NCBI GenBank assembly: GCA_021734445.1
Contig: JAIPIY010000001.1
Location: 31,849 to 95,848 of the forward strand
DNA from: Minisyncoccota bacterium
GTDB taxonomy: Bacteria > Patescibacteriota > Minisyncoccia > Phycocordibacterales > UBA1006
Direction of reading: 5' to 3'
Length of the DNA: 64,000 bases
Numbering within the stretch: position 1 is the stretch's first letter; each line of letters begins with the position of its first letter. The notes beneath the pieces were generated by a model. The model was not told where the DNA came from, searched no databases, and worked only from the letters and a program-made list of their open reading frames with translations. Made by a program: the position numbers and the translations under genes. Below are positions 28,374 to 38,311 of the stretch, piece by piece.

Positions 28374-28802
28374 TTAAGCGAAAGATCCTCCTAGTGCTTC
28401 TATTTTCTGTCGTGCAGAAGCCGAAGCAGTACAGCCTTCGATAACAAGTTTTTTAGATAATTCCCCACGACCTAGTATTTTTACACCCAAAGTCATAGCT
28501 TGACGTGGTACCAAAGATTTTTGTATTAATGTTTCAAAAGTTACTTTTTCACCATCAGAAAATGCAAGATTCAAATCTGAAAGATTTACTTCACATGCAG
28601 GTTTTCTTGGAGAAGAAAATCGATATCCTCGTAATTTTGGTAGTTTTTTGATCATGTCTCGAACAGCTGGTCGAGTACTGTTTCCAGCACGCGCGTTTTG
28701 TCCTTTGTGGCCACGTCCTGAAGTTTTTCCACGAGTACCCCCACGTCCAACAACCTTCTTTGTTGTATTTTTTGTTTTTCGTTGTAATGTTCCTAAGTGC
28801 AT
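28374..28802 (-). CDS. rplO: 50S ribosomal protein L15
   Basis: MHLGTLQRKTKNTTKKVVGRGGTRGKTSGRGHKGQNARAG N-terminus. Confidence 0.9.
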   Translation of the reverse strand: MHLGTLQRKTKNTTKKVVGRGGTRGKTSGRGHKGQNARAGNSTRPAVRDMIKKLPKLRGYRFSSPRKPACEVNLSDLNLAFSDGEKVTFETLIQKSLVPRQAMTLGVKILGRGELSKKLVIEGCTASASARQKIEALGGSFA

Positions 28803-28812
28803 ATAATTATGA

Positions 28813-29511
28813 TTATGCTTCTACTTTTTTAGCTCGTGGTGATCGCGACCGAAAATCACCTGGTTTTGAAGTTCTATTTGGCTTTTCTGCTACTTTTTCT
28901 TCTTTTGCAATTACAGAAACAGTTCCTGGTAATTTTTTAAATGCAAGAATAGTAGCTTGTGCGTTATTTAACATGTTTTTACTTCCAGAGAATACTTTTG
29001 CAGTAATATCTTTTAGTCCAGCCATTTCAACCAACATACGAACAGAACTTCCTGCTACTGTACCACGTCCATAGTTAGGCATCAAAGTAACCCGAGAGCT
29101 ACAGAATTTTGCTTCGACATGGTGTGCAATAGATCCTTCTTTTGTAATGGGAACAGTAATCATATTTTTCTTTGCATCTCGAAAAGCTTTTTGCATCGCT
29201 AATGCAGTATCAGAAGCTTTTCCTAGTCCAACCCCAATAGATCCTTTTTTGTTTCCAATAATCATCGCAACACTAAAAGAGAATCGTCGTCCTCCTGCCA
29301 TAACACGAGTTACACGACGAATAGAGATTGCCTTTTGTTCAAATTCTGGTTTTTCTCGTTCTCGAAAACCACCATCACGACGGTCTCTGTTTCCCGCTCC
29401 TGCACCTGGACGGAAATTTCTTTTTCCACGCATCGGTGACTGAGTGATACCAACATCCTGAGTTCCTGCTGTTGGAGTATTTATTGTTTTGTTTTCTTCT
29501 ATTTCAGACAT
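28813..29511 (-). CDS. rpsE: 30S ribosomal protein S5 with an R/G-rich N-terminal extension
   Basis: ...ISIRRVTRVMAGGRRFSFSVAMIIGNKKGSIGVGLGKA...VPITKEG, the S5 dsRBD and C-domain, preceded by a ~60-aa low-complexity extension. Confidence 0.9.
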   Translation of the reverse strand: MSEIEENKTINTPTAGTQDVGITQSPMRGKRNFRPGAGAGNRDRRDGGFREREKPEFEQKAISIRRVTRVMAGGRRFSFSVAMIIGNKKGSIGVGLGKASDTALAMQKAFRDAKKNMITVPITKEGSIAHHVEAKFCSSRVTLMPNYGRGTVAGSSVRMLVEMAGLKDITAKVFSGSKNMLNNAQATILAFKKLPGTVSVIAKEEKVAEKPNRTSKPGDFRSRSPRAKKVEA

Positions 29512-29529
29512 ATGTAAATTACACTTAAA

Positions 29530-29880
29530 TTAAAATTGCAAACCAGCTTGTCTTGCAGAATCTGCTAATGCTTGAATACGACCAATGTACATAAATCCAC
29601 CACGGTCAAAGACAACTTTTGCAATACCGGCTTTGATACCCATTTCTGCAATAGCTTTTCCAACACGTTCTGCTCGTTCTTTTTTTGTTCCTGCTGTTTC
29701 TTTTACATCATTTGCCGAAGCCAATGTTACTGCATTTTCATCATCAATAAGCTGAGCGTAGATATATTGATTTGAACGGAATACAGAAAGTCGAGGCAAA
29801 GAAGCCGTTCCCGAAACCTTTGCTCGGATTCTTTTGTGTCGATGTACTCGTTTTTCTTGTTTTGTTTGTTTTGTGTTCAT
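29530..29880 (-). CDS. rplR: 50S ribosomal protein L18
   Basis: [28 protein letters not shown]...[28 protein letters not shown]. Confidence 0.9.
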   Translation of the reverse strand: MNTKQTKQEKRVHRHKRIRAKVSGTASLPRLSVFRSNQYIYAQLIDDENAVTLASANDVKETAGTKKERAERVGKAIAEMGIKAGIAKVVFDRGGFMYIGRIQALADSARQAGLQF

Positions 29881-29899
29881 ATATTTTATCTACAAAAAA

Positions 29900-30433
29900 C
29901 TATACCGACTTCTTACCTTGTTTTCGTAATATAACTTCGTCGCTGTATCGGAATCCTTTTCCTTTGTATGGTTCTGGTTTCTTTAACCCACGTACCATAG
30001 CAGAAAAACTTCCCACAGATTCTTTATCAATACCTACAACAGTAATGTTATTTTTTTCTGCAGTTACTGTCAATCCCGCTGGGATAGGAACAACCACAGG
30101 ATGAGAAAATCCAAGGGCAAGTTTCAGATCTGTACCTGCAACTTCTGATTTGAATCCTACTCCTTCGAGTATTAATTTCTTTTGATAGGGCGTATTTACA
30201 CCAGCAATCATGTTTTTTACATGAGATGCATAGGTTCCCACAAGAGCTCGTGCGAATACACTTTTTTTATTCTGAGTTACTGCTATGGTGTTGTTTTCAA
30301 CCACCAAAGAGATTTCGTCTCGGAAGAAACGAGAAAGTTTTCCATGAGGACCAGAAACAGTCAATACACCGTTTTCAAAAGTAACGTCTGTTTTTGATGG
30401 TATTTCTATTGGTTGTTTTGCAATTCTTGACAT
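29900..30433 (-). CDS. rplF: 50S ribosomal protein L6
   Basis: MSRIAKQPIEIPSKTDVTFENGVLTVSGPHGKLS; duplicated L6 fold; 177 aa. Confidence 0.9.
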   Translation of the reverse strand: MSRIAKQPIEIPSKTDVTFENGVLTVSGPHGKLSRFFRDEISLVVENNTIAVTQNKKSVFARALVGTYASHVKNMIAGVNTPYQKKLILEGVGFKSEVAGTDLKLALGFSHPVVVPIPAGLTVTAEKNNITVVGIDKESVGSFSAMVRGLKKPEPYKGKGFRYSDEVILRKQGKKSV

Positions 30434-30443
30434 ACGTTATTTC

Positions 30444-30833
30444 TTACCACATTTCGAATAAAATTTCTCCTCCGACCATTTCTTTTTTCGCTTCTTTTCC
30501 AGCAAGAATTCCTTTTGGTGTTGAAAGCATCAAAATTCCATACCCTTGCTTTACAGAATAAATATCATGCACCCCAGCGTATACACGTCGAGATGGTTTT
30601 GATACACGTTTTGCACCTTGAATTTTTGCGTTCCCTTCTGCATCGTATGCCAATTCGATTTCGATTTCAGTACCTACTTTCTTGTTTTTACGAGCATATG
30701 ATTTAATGTACCCTTTTTGGAACAAAGCTTGTGCAATAGCAAAGCGAAGATTTGATCCAGGTACGACTACGATGTCTTTTTTAACGCGAGATGCGTTCAA
30801 CAGAGATGTAATCATGTTTCCAGTAGTATCCAT
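30444..30833 (-). CDS. rpsH: 30S ribosomal protein S8
   Basis: MDTTGNMITSLLNASRVKK...GGEILFEMW (S8 C-terminal signature). Start at the internal Met; the first 26 residues of the ORF-track version do not fit S8. Confidence 0.9.
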   Translation of the reverse strand: MDTTGNMITSLLNASRVKKDIVVVPGSNLRFAIAQALFQKGYIKSYARKNKKVGTEIEIELAYDAEGNAKIQGAKRVSKPSRRVYAGVHDIYSVKQGYGILMLSTPKGILAGKEAKKEMVGGEILFEMW

Positions 30834-30858
30834 ACAACAATATATTAATAAATAAAAA

Positions 30859-31128
30859 TTACCAAGATGATTTGCGAACGCCAGGGATCTTACCTTCGTT
30901 TGCAAGTTCACGAAATTCTATACGATCGATTCCAAAATCTCGCATATATCCTTTTGCTCGACCACTGAGGAAACTTCGGTTTTTAATACGGGTCGGAGAT
31001 GAGTTTTTTGGTAATTTTTGCAAACCAAAAACATCACCCTTTGCCTTGAGTTCTTCACGCTTTACTGCAAATTTTGCAACAAGCTTCTTGCGCTTTTCAT
31101 TTCGCGCTATTACTGATTTTTTTGCCAT
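30859..31128 (-). CDS. rpsN: 30S ribosomal protein S14
   Basis: [20 protein letters not shown]...[21 protein letters not shown]...[17 protein letters not shown]. Confidence 0.85.
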   Translation of the reverse strand: MAKKSVIARNEKRKKLVAKFAVKREELKAKGDVFGLQKLPKNSSPTRIKNRSFLSGRAKGYMRDFGIDRIEFRELANEGKIPGVRKSSW

Positions 31129-31237
31129 AATATATATACGGTCTTTTCATGCGCAATATCGCGTGGTTTTTCTTGTAATTTCATAAAAAAACAACAAGAA
31201 AGAACACGGATTAAACGTATGTATCTGACCAGAAATG

Positions 31238-31265
31238 AGTATATCATATAGGGATTAAATGTCAA
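31238..31265 (-). promoter_or_regulatory. Consensus sigma70-type promoter (TTGACA-16-TATACT) in front of the rpsN-secY block
   Basis: The minus strand reads TTGACATTTAATCCCTATATGATATACT, about 100 nt upstream of the rpsN start. No L5/L24/L14 genes lie upstream. Confidence 0.45.
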
Positions 31266-31277
31266 CGATTTGGTTGG

Positions 31278-31335
31278 CGTTGTATAAAAAATACCCCGCA
31301 ATTCAATCAAAAAGATTAAACTACGGGGGGGGTAA
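31278..31335 (-). terminator. Imperfect long hairpin plus T-run, terminating the upstream hypothetical gene
   Basis: The minus strand reads CCCCCCCCGTAGTTTAATC-TTTTT-GATTGAATTGCGGGG-TATTTTTTAT. Confidence 0.4.
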
Positions 31336-31348
31336 TCAAATACTGTGC

Positions 31349-31873
31349 TTACTCAAAAATTTTATTCTCATCTGACAAGAACTGGTAATTAGTGCTTCTT
31401 TTACCAAGAAAAAACCAACCCGCCAATCCCCATAAACCAGTTGAAGCCGAGTAAAAACAAAAAATATAGAACACGCTTCGGTTCTTGAGTCGAAATCTAC
31501 CAATAAAATTTCCATTTCCGTCATCAAGAAGATTATGAGATATTCCGTTGGTCTGATTCTGTATTTCCAGTTTAAGGAAATTTAACCTTTTGCGGGCCTC
31601 TATACAACCGGCACGAGTAGTAAGATCAATAAGCTTCTTATCTACAGCCGGCACAAAACCTCCAATACTATTTTCGCTTATGATATTTTTATGCCAAAAA
31701 TAAGTAGCCTTTTCTTCTGGTGAGTTCTTATTTCCCAAAAAGGCGTCATTGAGAAATCTATAACCCTCGAAATAATCGATGTTCATTTTTGGATGTTCAA
31801 AAAAGAAATCTCTCAACTGTGAACATGGAAGATGCAAGGTTATTTCTTTTATACTAGGAGTTAAACTTTTCAT
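31349..31873 (-). CDS. Hypothetical protein sitting where rplE would normally lie
   Basis: 174-aa ORF with no recognisable motif. It occupies the position upstream of rpsN normally held by L5. Confidence 0.4.
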   Translation of the reverse strand: MKSLTPSIKEITLHLPCSQLRDFFFEHPKMNIDYFEGYRFLNDAFLGNKNSPEEKATYFWHKNIISENSIGGFVPAVDKKLIDLTTRAGCIEARKRLNFLKLEIQNQTNGISHNLLDDGNGNFIGRFRLKNRSVFYIFCFYSASTGLWGLAGWFFLGKRSTNYQFLSDENKIFE

Positions 31874-32037
31874 GATTTTAGGTTTTTAAAAGGGCTTTCC
31901 ACCCTTTTTGTGAGAAAATAGGTGGATTGATCTGAACACAATATGTCATAGGTCAGATATAAAGTCAATCAATATGCTTAAACCTGGACTTGAATTACTT
32001 TTTATAGTATTGTTACATAAACTATAAACATAACGCC

Positions 32038-32226
32038 ATGTGTTTCTTTGTAAAGTTCTTCCAAACAAAAGACGAACGTCAACCGAATAAGAAAACTTCG
32101 TACGGGGGCGGAATAATCATGCCCCAACCTTGTACATGCAAAAAGTATCAACCCATTTCAACATCGGGTTTTATAGATCTACGATGTAAAAACTGCGGAA
32201 GGAAAAAATCAGAACCTATGTTTTGA
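32038..32226 (+). CDS. Possible small zinc-ribbon protein
   Basis: 62-aa ORF with a CxC...CxxC arrangement (PCTCKK...CKNCGRKK). Weak support. Confidence 0.2.
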   Translation: MCFFVKFFQTKDERQPNKKTSYGGGIIMPQPCTCKKYQPISTSGFIDLRCKNCGRKKSEPMF

Positions 32227-32318
32227 ATTACTCTCATTCACCCAACAGCCACCCTATCAACCAGGGTAGCGTTTTTTATAAAAAATTTATTATTAAGATA
32301 AACTACAAAAACTCTTTG

Positions 32319-32885
32319 TTATTTATTCCAATCAACACCCTTCAAAAACTCTTCTATTTTTTCATGCAATGCATCCAATGTGCCATCATTCTGTATTACC
32401 ACATCAGCCAGTCTGATACATGCGGACAAATTTTGTCGCCCCGGATCAATGGATTGCATTTCTTTTTCTTCGTCGGCAATAAATTCTTCCATGGTCACAC
32501 CATCTGTGCTGGACCCCCGAGAAACAATTCGTTTGTAACGAATCTGTCTGTCGGCATCTACTGCAACAATACTGCAATGATCAGTATTTCGTAATAATGC
32601 TATTTCGGCAACAGTTCGTAACGATTCAAAAATAACCAGTTCATCCCCCTGGGTCATTGCCTGTTTGTATAGCTGTTCAATAATATATGCGGGACCATAT
32701 TGTTTTCGAAATTCATTTGCAACTAATGACATATTTTCACGAACTGGTTCTAATCCACGTCGTGTTATTTCTTGTAACAAAAAATCACGCACAGAATAAT
32801 GTCGTGCGTTATATTGGGCAACTAAATAATCTACTACAGCACCCTTGCCTGCACCGACGGTTCCGGTTAATCCAATAATATACAT
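32319..32885 (-). CDS. P-loop nucleotide/nucleoside kinase (dephospho-CoA kinase-like)
   Basis: MYIIGLTGTVGAGKGAVVDYL, a CoaE-like N-terminus but with GKGA instead of GKS/T. 188 aa. Confidence 0.45.
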   Translation of the reverse strand: MYIIGLTGTVGAGKGAVVDYLVAQYNARHYSVRDFLLQEITRRGLEPVRENMSLVANEFRKQYGPAYIIEQLYKQAMTQGDELVIFESLRTVAEIALLRNTDHCSIVAVDADRQIRYKRIVSRGSSTDGVTMEEFIADEEKEMQSIDPGRQNLSACIRLADVVIQNDGTLDALHEKIEEFLKGVDWNK

Positions 32886-32930
32886 AAACTGCAGTATATC
32901 GCAGATTGAGATTCTTGTGCACCTGTAAAT

Positions 32931-33368
32931 CTATAAATGGTGTTGTATAATATCGAGAGATTTGTTATACAATGCATATGATTCTGTATACGTCAGTGTT
33001 TTTGCAACATCTGCCAAACTGCACCACCATGCACGCACAACGTCCGGTAATTCTGGTTGCAGCTCTGTGTCATGCATAGGTGCAGATCCTATCCAAAAGA
33101 GAACTTCTTTTTCATATTTTATACCATCTGTTTTAAAACTATACCGTTCTACCAATGGTTCGGCATCAACCAAAACCACATCAGTAATTCCTGTTTCTTC
33201 TTTTACTTCACGTCTCATGGCGATTATGGTGTCTTCATCCCCTTCTTTGTGTCCTTTAGGAAAAGCAATATGCCCACTGGCATGGTGCACCAAAACAACA
33301 TGGGTAGGATTTTGTATATCATTAAATATAATACATCCGTATGCGTAATCTTTTTTATTTTGATGCAT
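32931..33368 (-). CDS. NUDIX hydrolase
   Basis: Nudix box GHKEGDEDTIIAMRREVKEETGITD. Start taken at the internal Met. Confidence 0.7.
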   Translation of the reverse strand: MHQNKKDYAYGCIIFNDIQNPTHVVLVHHASGHIAFPKGHKEGDEDTIIAMRREVKEETGITDVVLVDAEPLVERYSFKTDGIKYEKEVLFWIGSAPMHDTELQPELPDVVRAWWCSLADVAKTLTYTESYALYNKSLDIIQHHL

Positions 33369-34659
33369 AGACAAGATCTGGCACCAACGAGATAATATCA
33401 CCTGCCCCTGTTAAACAAACTACGTAATCATGATTAAAATTATTTTTAATTTCTGGAACCAAAGATTCCAACGAATCAAATGCTGTTGCCGAAACACCGC
33501 GTTCACGCAATGTATTCGCCAAAGGTTCTGAAGAGACATTTTGATTATCTGATTCACGGGCAACATAAATCGGAGCCAACAGAATTTCATCTGCCCGCGC
33601 CAAACTGTCCACAAATGCATCAAACAAAGATTCGGTACGACTGATCAAATGGGGTTGGAATACTAAAACTATTTTTTTATCTGGATATTGTTCACGAAAT
33701 GCATCTATTAATGCAGAAACTTTTTGTGGATTATGTGCATAGTCATCATACAGTAGCGCACCTTTTTCCGTTGTGCCATGCAATTGAAAACGTCTTTGTG
33801 TACCACCAAACTGCAACAATGATGTTCGTACCTGTGTATCTGATACACCAACATGTCGTGCCATAGCATATGCCAAACGTGCATTTGATCGGTTGTGTTC
33901 ACCAGGTAACGATGTTTGAATATCTGTGTGCAATGTGTAATCAATTATTGGAAGAGATGTGTTTTGAATCACAGGTACAATATGGGCATCAGTGGGATTG
34001 GTAATAACACAACCATCTTGTTGTGTCTGAGAAACCAATGATTGAAAAGCGTTTTGAATATCCGCTAAATCTTTGTAGTAATCCAAATGATCTGCATCAA
34101 TATTATTAATTCCCAAACACCATGGATGATATTGTAAAAATGCGCGACGATATTCGTCTGCTTCAATAACTACATGTTCACTGTTCCCCACACGAACATT
34201 TGATCCAATATCTGCCATGACTGATCCTACAATAATAGTCGGATCCAAGCCAGCATCAACAAGAATTTTTCCCAGCATAGCAGTCGTGGTGGTTTTTCCA
34301 TGCGTTCCCGAAACTGCCAGTATTTTTTTTGTATCAAATAGAATTCCCAATGTTTCTGGATAAGAAATTACTGAAGGAAAAGCATCCTGTAATTTTTGTA
34401 ACAATTCTGGCTCAGCAACAGCCAACGCCTGTGAATAGATAATACAATCTGTATCAGCAGGAACCGATGCAAATGATTGACCAATGGTAACCGAAATGCC
34501 TTCGTTTTGTAATTCATGTACTGTTTCACTGTCTGATCTGTCACACCCCGAAACATCTTTTCCCTGCATGTGAAACAACCTGGCAATAGCAGAAACACCA
34601 CTGCCACCAATGCCAAAGAAGAATATTTTTTGAGTTTTTTCGAGGTTAATGTTATTCAT
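33355..34659 (-). CDS. murC: UDP-N-acetylmuramate--L-alanine ligase
   Basis: N-terminal FFGIGGSGVSAIARLF Rossmann and AVSGTHGKTTTTAML ATP-binding motif of Mur ligases. 434 aa. Confidence 0.9.
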   Translation of the reverse strand: MNNINLEKTQKIFFFGIGGSGVSAIARLFHMQGKDVSGCDRSDSETVHELQNEGISVTIGQSFASVPADTDCIIYSQALAVAEPELLQKLQDAFPSVISYPETLGILFDTKKILAVSGTHGKTTTTAMLGKILVDAGLDPTIIVGSVMADIGSNVRVGNSEHVVIEADEYRRAFLQYHPWCLGINNIDADHLDYYKDLADIQNAFQSLVSQTQQDGCVITNPTDAHIVPVIQNTSLPIIDYTLHTDIQTSLPGEHNRSNARLAYAMARHVGVSDTQVRTSLLQFGGTQRRFQLHGTTEKGALLYDDYAHNPQKVSALIDAFREQYPDKKIVLVFQPHLISRTESLFDAFVDSLARADEILLAPIYVARESDNQNVSSEPLANTLRERGVSATAFDSLESLVPEIKNNFNHDYVVCLTGAGDIISLVPDLVYASK

Positions 34660-34660
34660 A

Positions 34661-35446
34661 TTATCTTAATTTTTTAATCCATGCATCCAAAATATTCCCA
34701 AGCTCTGCTAAATGCTCGGGTGTTCGAAACGTATGCGGTGCACCTTTAATAATGTGAAACTCTCTCTCTGTCAATTCTGGTAGTGCATCGTGAAATATCT
34801 TTTGATGATCAGATGGACAAGGCCCATCATTTTCTCCAACCACAAATAAAACAGGCATGGTCAAATTTAATACTTTTAGATATAGATTATGAGCCAATCT
34901 TTCTTTCATATGAGACCAAGGTAGTTTCATTTCTATTCCTGGTTTAGAATTACTTGTACGGTAAGTCCAACCAGTTTCTTCCCAATTTTTCAATTTTTCA
35001 GACTCAAATCTTTCTGTGGCTTCAAAACTCTGTTCTCCTGAATATACGGCGGCAAACGGAAAGACTGCCTTTATTTTATCAGGATATTCTTCTGCATATT
35101 TTGCAACCGCAAAGCCTCCCAAACTATGACCCGCCAAAATAAACGGTTCTTGATACCAATTCTGGGTCTTTGTCCATTCAACCACATCCACCAAATCTTC
35201 ATAATGCTTTTGCATTGTCGCATTCTCATATTTTCCTTCGCTCTCACCAATAGAATTAGTAGCGTCAAAATTCACAACAATATAATTATTATTTAAAAAA
35301 GTATTTGAAATAACTTGAATATGGTCTTGCTCTTTGAAACCACCTAAACCATGTAGAACAAAAGCAAGCCCAACTGGATTTTGTGGAATATGTAACAGCC
35401 CAACAATATTCAGTCCATATCTATTAGTAATAGTAAATTTTTCCAT
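34661..35446 (-). CDS. Alpha/beta-hydrolase (esterase/lipase-type) embedded in the mur cluster
   Basis: Nucleophile elbow GHSLGG, upstream HGLGG oxyanion region. 261 aa. Confidence 0.7.
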   Translation of the reverse strand: MEKFTITNRYGLNIVGLLHIPQNPVGLAFVLHGLGGFKEQDHIQVISNTFLNNNYIVVNFDATNSIGESEGKYENATMQKHYEDLVDVVEWTKTQNWYQEPFILAGHSLGGFAVAKYAEEYPDKIKAVFPFAAVYSGEQSFEATERFESEKLKNWEETGWTYRTSNSKPGIEMKLPWSHMKERLAHNLYLKVLNLTMPVLFVVGENDGPCPSDHQKIFHDALPELTEREFHIIKGAPHTFRTPEHLAELGNILDAWIKKLR

Positions 35447-35447
35447 A

Positions 35448-36785
35448 CTATTTCAGACTTTCTATCTCATGTATAAACTGATCATTTCTGTCATATTCAT
35501 TCTTGAAAATTCCAAACGAAGCAAATGCCGGAGAAAAAAGAATCACATCACCTGCTGTTGTTTTTTCAAATGCATTTGCAACAGCATTTTTCATAGAAGA
35601 AACAATTATATGAGGTACAGATAATGGATGTTTGTCTAAAAATTCTTTTGTACCTGTTCCATCTAAAAATACAACAAATTTACATTTTGATTCAATCTCT
35701 GTATGTAATTTTTTCATAGAAAGACCCTTGTCTGCACCACCAGCAATTAAAATAATATTTGCATGATCTACTGAAACATCCCCCACTGATCGTAATGCTA
35801 CTATGGTTGCATCGGCTGTTGTGGCATTGTTGTCATTATAGACTGGAATACCGTGAATTTCTTTGATGAATTCCAGTCGTCCTGCAACTGCGCGAAAAGA
35901 TTCTATTCCTTTTTTTTGATCTTCTATTGAAATACCCAAAGACTGCACAGCCAGCAATGCACATGCAATATTTTCTTTGTTATGTTCTCCTGGAATTGGT
36001 AGAACAAAATTTTCTGGCACACAAGAAGCGTGTGCAACATGTACCGTGCTTTGAATATTGACAACATCACGAACAAAAGATTCTGCCTGGGGGCCAACAA
36101 TGAGAATATCATCTTTTTTCTGGTGTCGAAAAATATGTGATTTGTCATAAAAATACAAATCTCGTGAACCACCATAATAATTTAGATGATCATCAAGAAA
36201 CGTAGTGAACACAGAAACATGCGGAGAAATACGAGATTCACCAAAACCCTGTAACTGCCATGATGATAATTCCATAACTACATAATCACCTTTTTTAATT
36301 TTTGAAAGTAATGGCAATGTTGCAATCCCACGGATATTCCCTGCCAGATGAGATCTTTTTCCGCATAATTCTAAAATATGGTGGATTAATGTTGCAACAG
36401 TTGTTTTTCCACGTGTCCCCGTAACACCAATAATGGTGACATCCTGGGCCAATTTTGCAAACAATGATTCGTCCATCTCAATGGGAATATCATTATCCCG
36501 TGCGTGTTCAATAAACAAAGAATCCAATGCAACCCCTGCCCCCTTTAAAATAAAATCTCGATCTTGAAAATCTTCTAATTCATGATGACCCAAACGATAG
36601 GTAATATTTTTACATAAAGATAATTGATCTGATGATACAGCCAGTTCTTCTTTGGTTTTTATATCAGTCACAATCAATTCTGCGCAATGTTCAGAAAGAA
36701 ACAGCGCATCACCAACCCCACGACCCAATAACCCGAGACCCATTTGAGTAACCTTTTTATCTTTAAAAAACTCTTTCCATTTCAT
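35448..36785 (-). CDS. murD: UDP-N-acetylmuramoylalanine--D-glutamate ligase
   Basis: VTQMGLGLLGRGVGDALFL N-terminus and IIGVTGTRGKTTVATLI P-loop. 445 aa. Confidence 0.85.
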   Translation of the reverse strand: MKWKEFFKDKKVTQMGLGLLGRGVGDALFLSEHCAELIVTDIKTKEELAVSSDQLSLCKNITYRLGHHELEDFQDRDFILKGAGVALDSLFIEHARDNDIPIEMDESLFAKLAQDVTIIGVTGTRGKTTVATLIHHILELCGKRSHLAGNIRGIATLPLLSKIKKGDYVVMELSSWQLQGFGESRISPHVSVFTTFLDDHLNYYGGSRDLYFYDKSHIFRHQKKDDILIVGPQAESFVRDVVNIQSTVHVAHASCVPENFVLPIPGEHNKENIACALLAVQSLGISIEDQKKGIESFRAVAGRLEFIKEIHGIPVYNDNNATTADATIVALRSVGDVSVDHANIILIAGGADKGLSMKKLHTEIESKCKFVVFLDGTGTKEFLDKHPLSVPHIIVSSMKNAVANAFEKTTAGDVILFSPAFASFGIFKNEYDRNDQFIHEIESLK

Positions 36786-36827
36786 ATAGGTAGTATATCA
36801 CAAATGATATACAGGGAAAAATAATGA

Positions 36828-38279
36828 TTATTTGTTATTCAAAAATTCTTCAATGATTTCCTTGTCATCAAAATGATGTTTTACGCCCTGTATATCTTGA
36901 TAGGTTTCATGACCTTTTCCTGCAACCAAGACAACATCATCAGATTTTGCACATTGTAATGCATACAAAATTGCTTCTTTTCTATCCAGAATAATTGTAG
37001 CTTTTTTAATATCATTATCAGAAACACCGGCATATATTTCTTCGGTAATACGAATAGGATCTTCAAACCTTGGGTTATCAGATGTGATAATGGTATGGTC
37101 TGACAATTGCGCACCAATACGACCCATCAGGGGTCTTTTCCCGCGGTCTCTATCTCCCCCACAACCCATCACACAAATGATTCTTCCCGCACCTTTTTTA
37201 AATCCATGAATTGTAGTTAAAATATTTTTCAAAGCATCTGGTGTGTGTGCATAATCTACAATTGCGGTTATATTATTTCCACCTGAAATAATTTCACATC
37301 TTCCACGTGCACCAGCAACACGACCTAATACGGAAATAATTTCCCCTTCATCAAAACCTAATTGTCGTAGACATCCAAAAACAGCCAAAAGATTATAGAT
37401 ATTAAAACTACCCACCAATGGTGTCGTGATAACCTTACCATCAATAATCACAGTACTACCAGAAACATCTGACGATCGTATTTGTGCTTGTAAATCTCCC
37501 GATTGTATACCATACGTAACAACGGATGATTTGGTACCAGATATCATAACCTGATAAGCTTCGTCATCCGCATTAACCAAAGAAAAGGATTTTTCATCTA
37601 ACATGGAAAATAGCATTTTTTTTGCATTTGCATAATGATCCATAGTTCCATGAAAATCCAAATGATCCTGGGTCAGATTGGTAAAAATTCCACCAGTAAA
37701 ATGTGTCCCCAAAACACGACCACGTATTAATGCGTGACTGGATACTTCCATAAATACATAGGTACATCCTGCATCACACATATCAGCAAACAAGGATTGC
37801 AATGTAATAGCGTCTGGAGTTGTATGCGTAGAAGGAATAATTTCTTTTCCTATACAATTATGCACTGTAGAAATCAAACCTGATTTTTTCCCTAATTCGG
37901 AAACTGCATGATATAACAATGTCGCAACGGTTGTTTTTCCATTGGTTCCTGTGACCCCAACTATGTTCATATTTTGTGATGGGTTACCAAAAAATGCACT
38001 GGCGACGTTCCCAACAATCTGTTCTGTGTTTTTCACATGTAGGTAGGTTACTGCACCGCTTCTTTCTTGTGGAATTTCTTCACAGACAATACAGATAGCA
38101 CCACGAGAAATTGCATCTTCGATATAGTCATGTCCATCATGTATGGACCCATGCACAGCAAAAAACATATCACCAGGGGTGATCTTTTTAGAATCCAGTT
38201 TCAATCCCGTGATATCAATAGATTCTGGACCAATAATGCCAAGCGCCCCTATATCTTTAATAAGCTGATCAAGTTTCAT
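36828..38279 (-). CDS. murE: UDP-N-acetylmuramoyl-tripeptide ligase
   Basis: VGVTGTNGKTTVATLL and a DNPR motif (SDNPRFEDP) characteristic of MurE. 483 aa. Confidence 0.9.
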   Translation of the reverse strand: MKLDQLIKDIGALGIIGPESIDITGLKLDSKKITPGDMFFAVHGSIHDGHDYIEDAISRGAICIVCEEIPQERSGAVTYLHVKNTEQIVGNVASAFFGNPSQNMNIVGVTGTNGKTTVATLLYHAVSELGKKSGLISTVHNCIGKEIIPSTHTTPDAITLQSLFADMCDAGCTYVFMEVSSHALIRGRVLGTHFTGGIFTNLTQDHLDFHGTMDHYANAKKMLFSMLDEKSFSLVNADDEAYQVMISGTKSSVVTYGIQSGDLQAQIRSSDVSGSTVIIDGKVITTPLVGSFNIYNLLAVFGCLRQLGFDEGEIISVLGRVAGARGRCEIISGGNNITAIVDYAHTPDALKNILTTIHGFKKGAGRIICVMGCGGDRDRGKRPLMGRIGAQLSDHTIITSDNPRFEDPIRITEEIYAGVSDNDIKKATIILDRKEAILYALQCAKSDDVVLVAGKGHETYQDIQGVKHHFDDKEIIEEFLNNK

Positions 38280-38311
38280 AAAAATAGTATACCATATCCT
38301 AAATACACGAT

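Noticed and set aside
32038-32226. 62-aa zinc-ribbon ORF considered as a ribosomal protein (L33/L36-like)
   Set aside because: The sequence does not match the L33/L36/S27 consensus. I kept it only as a low-confidence hypothetical.
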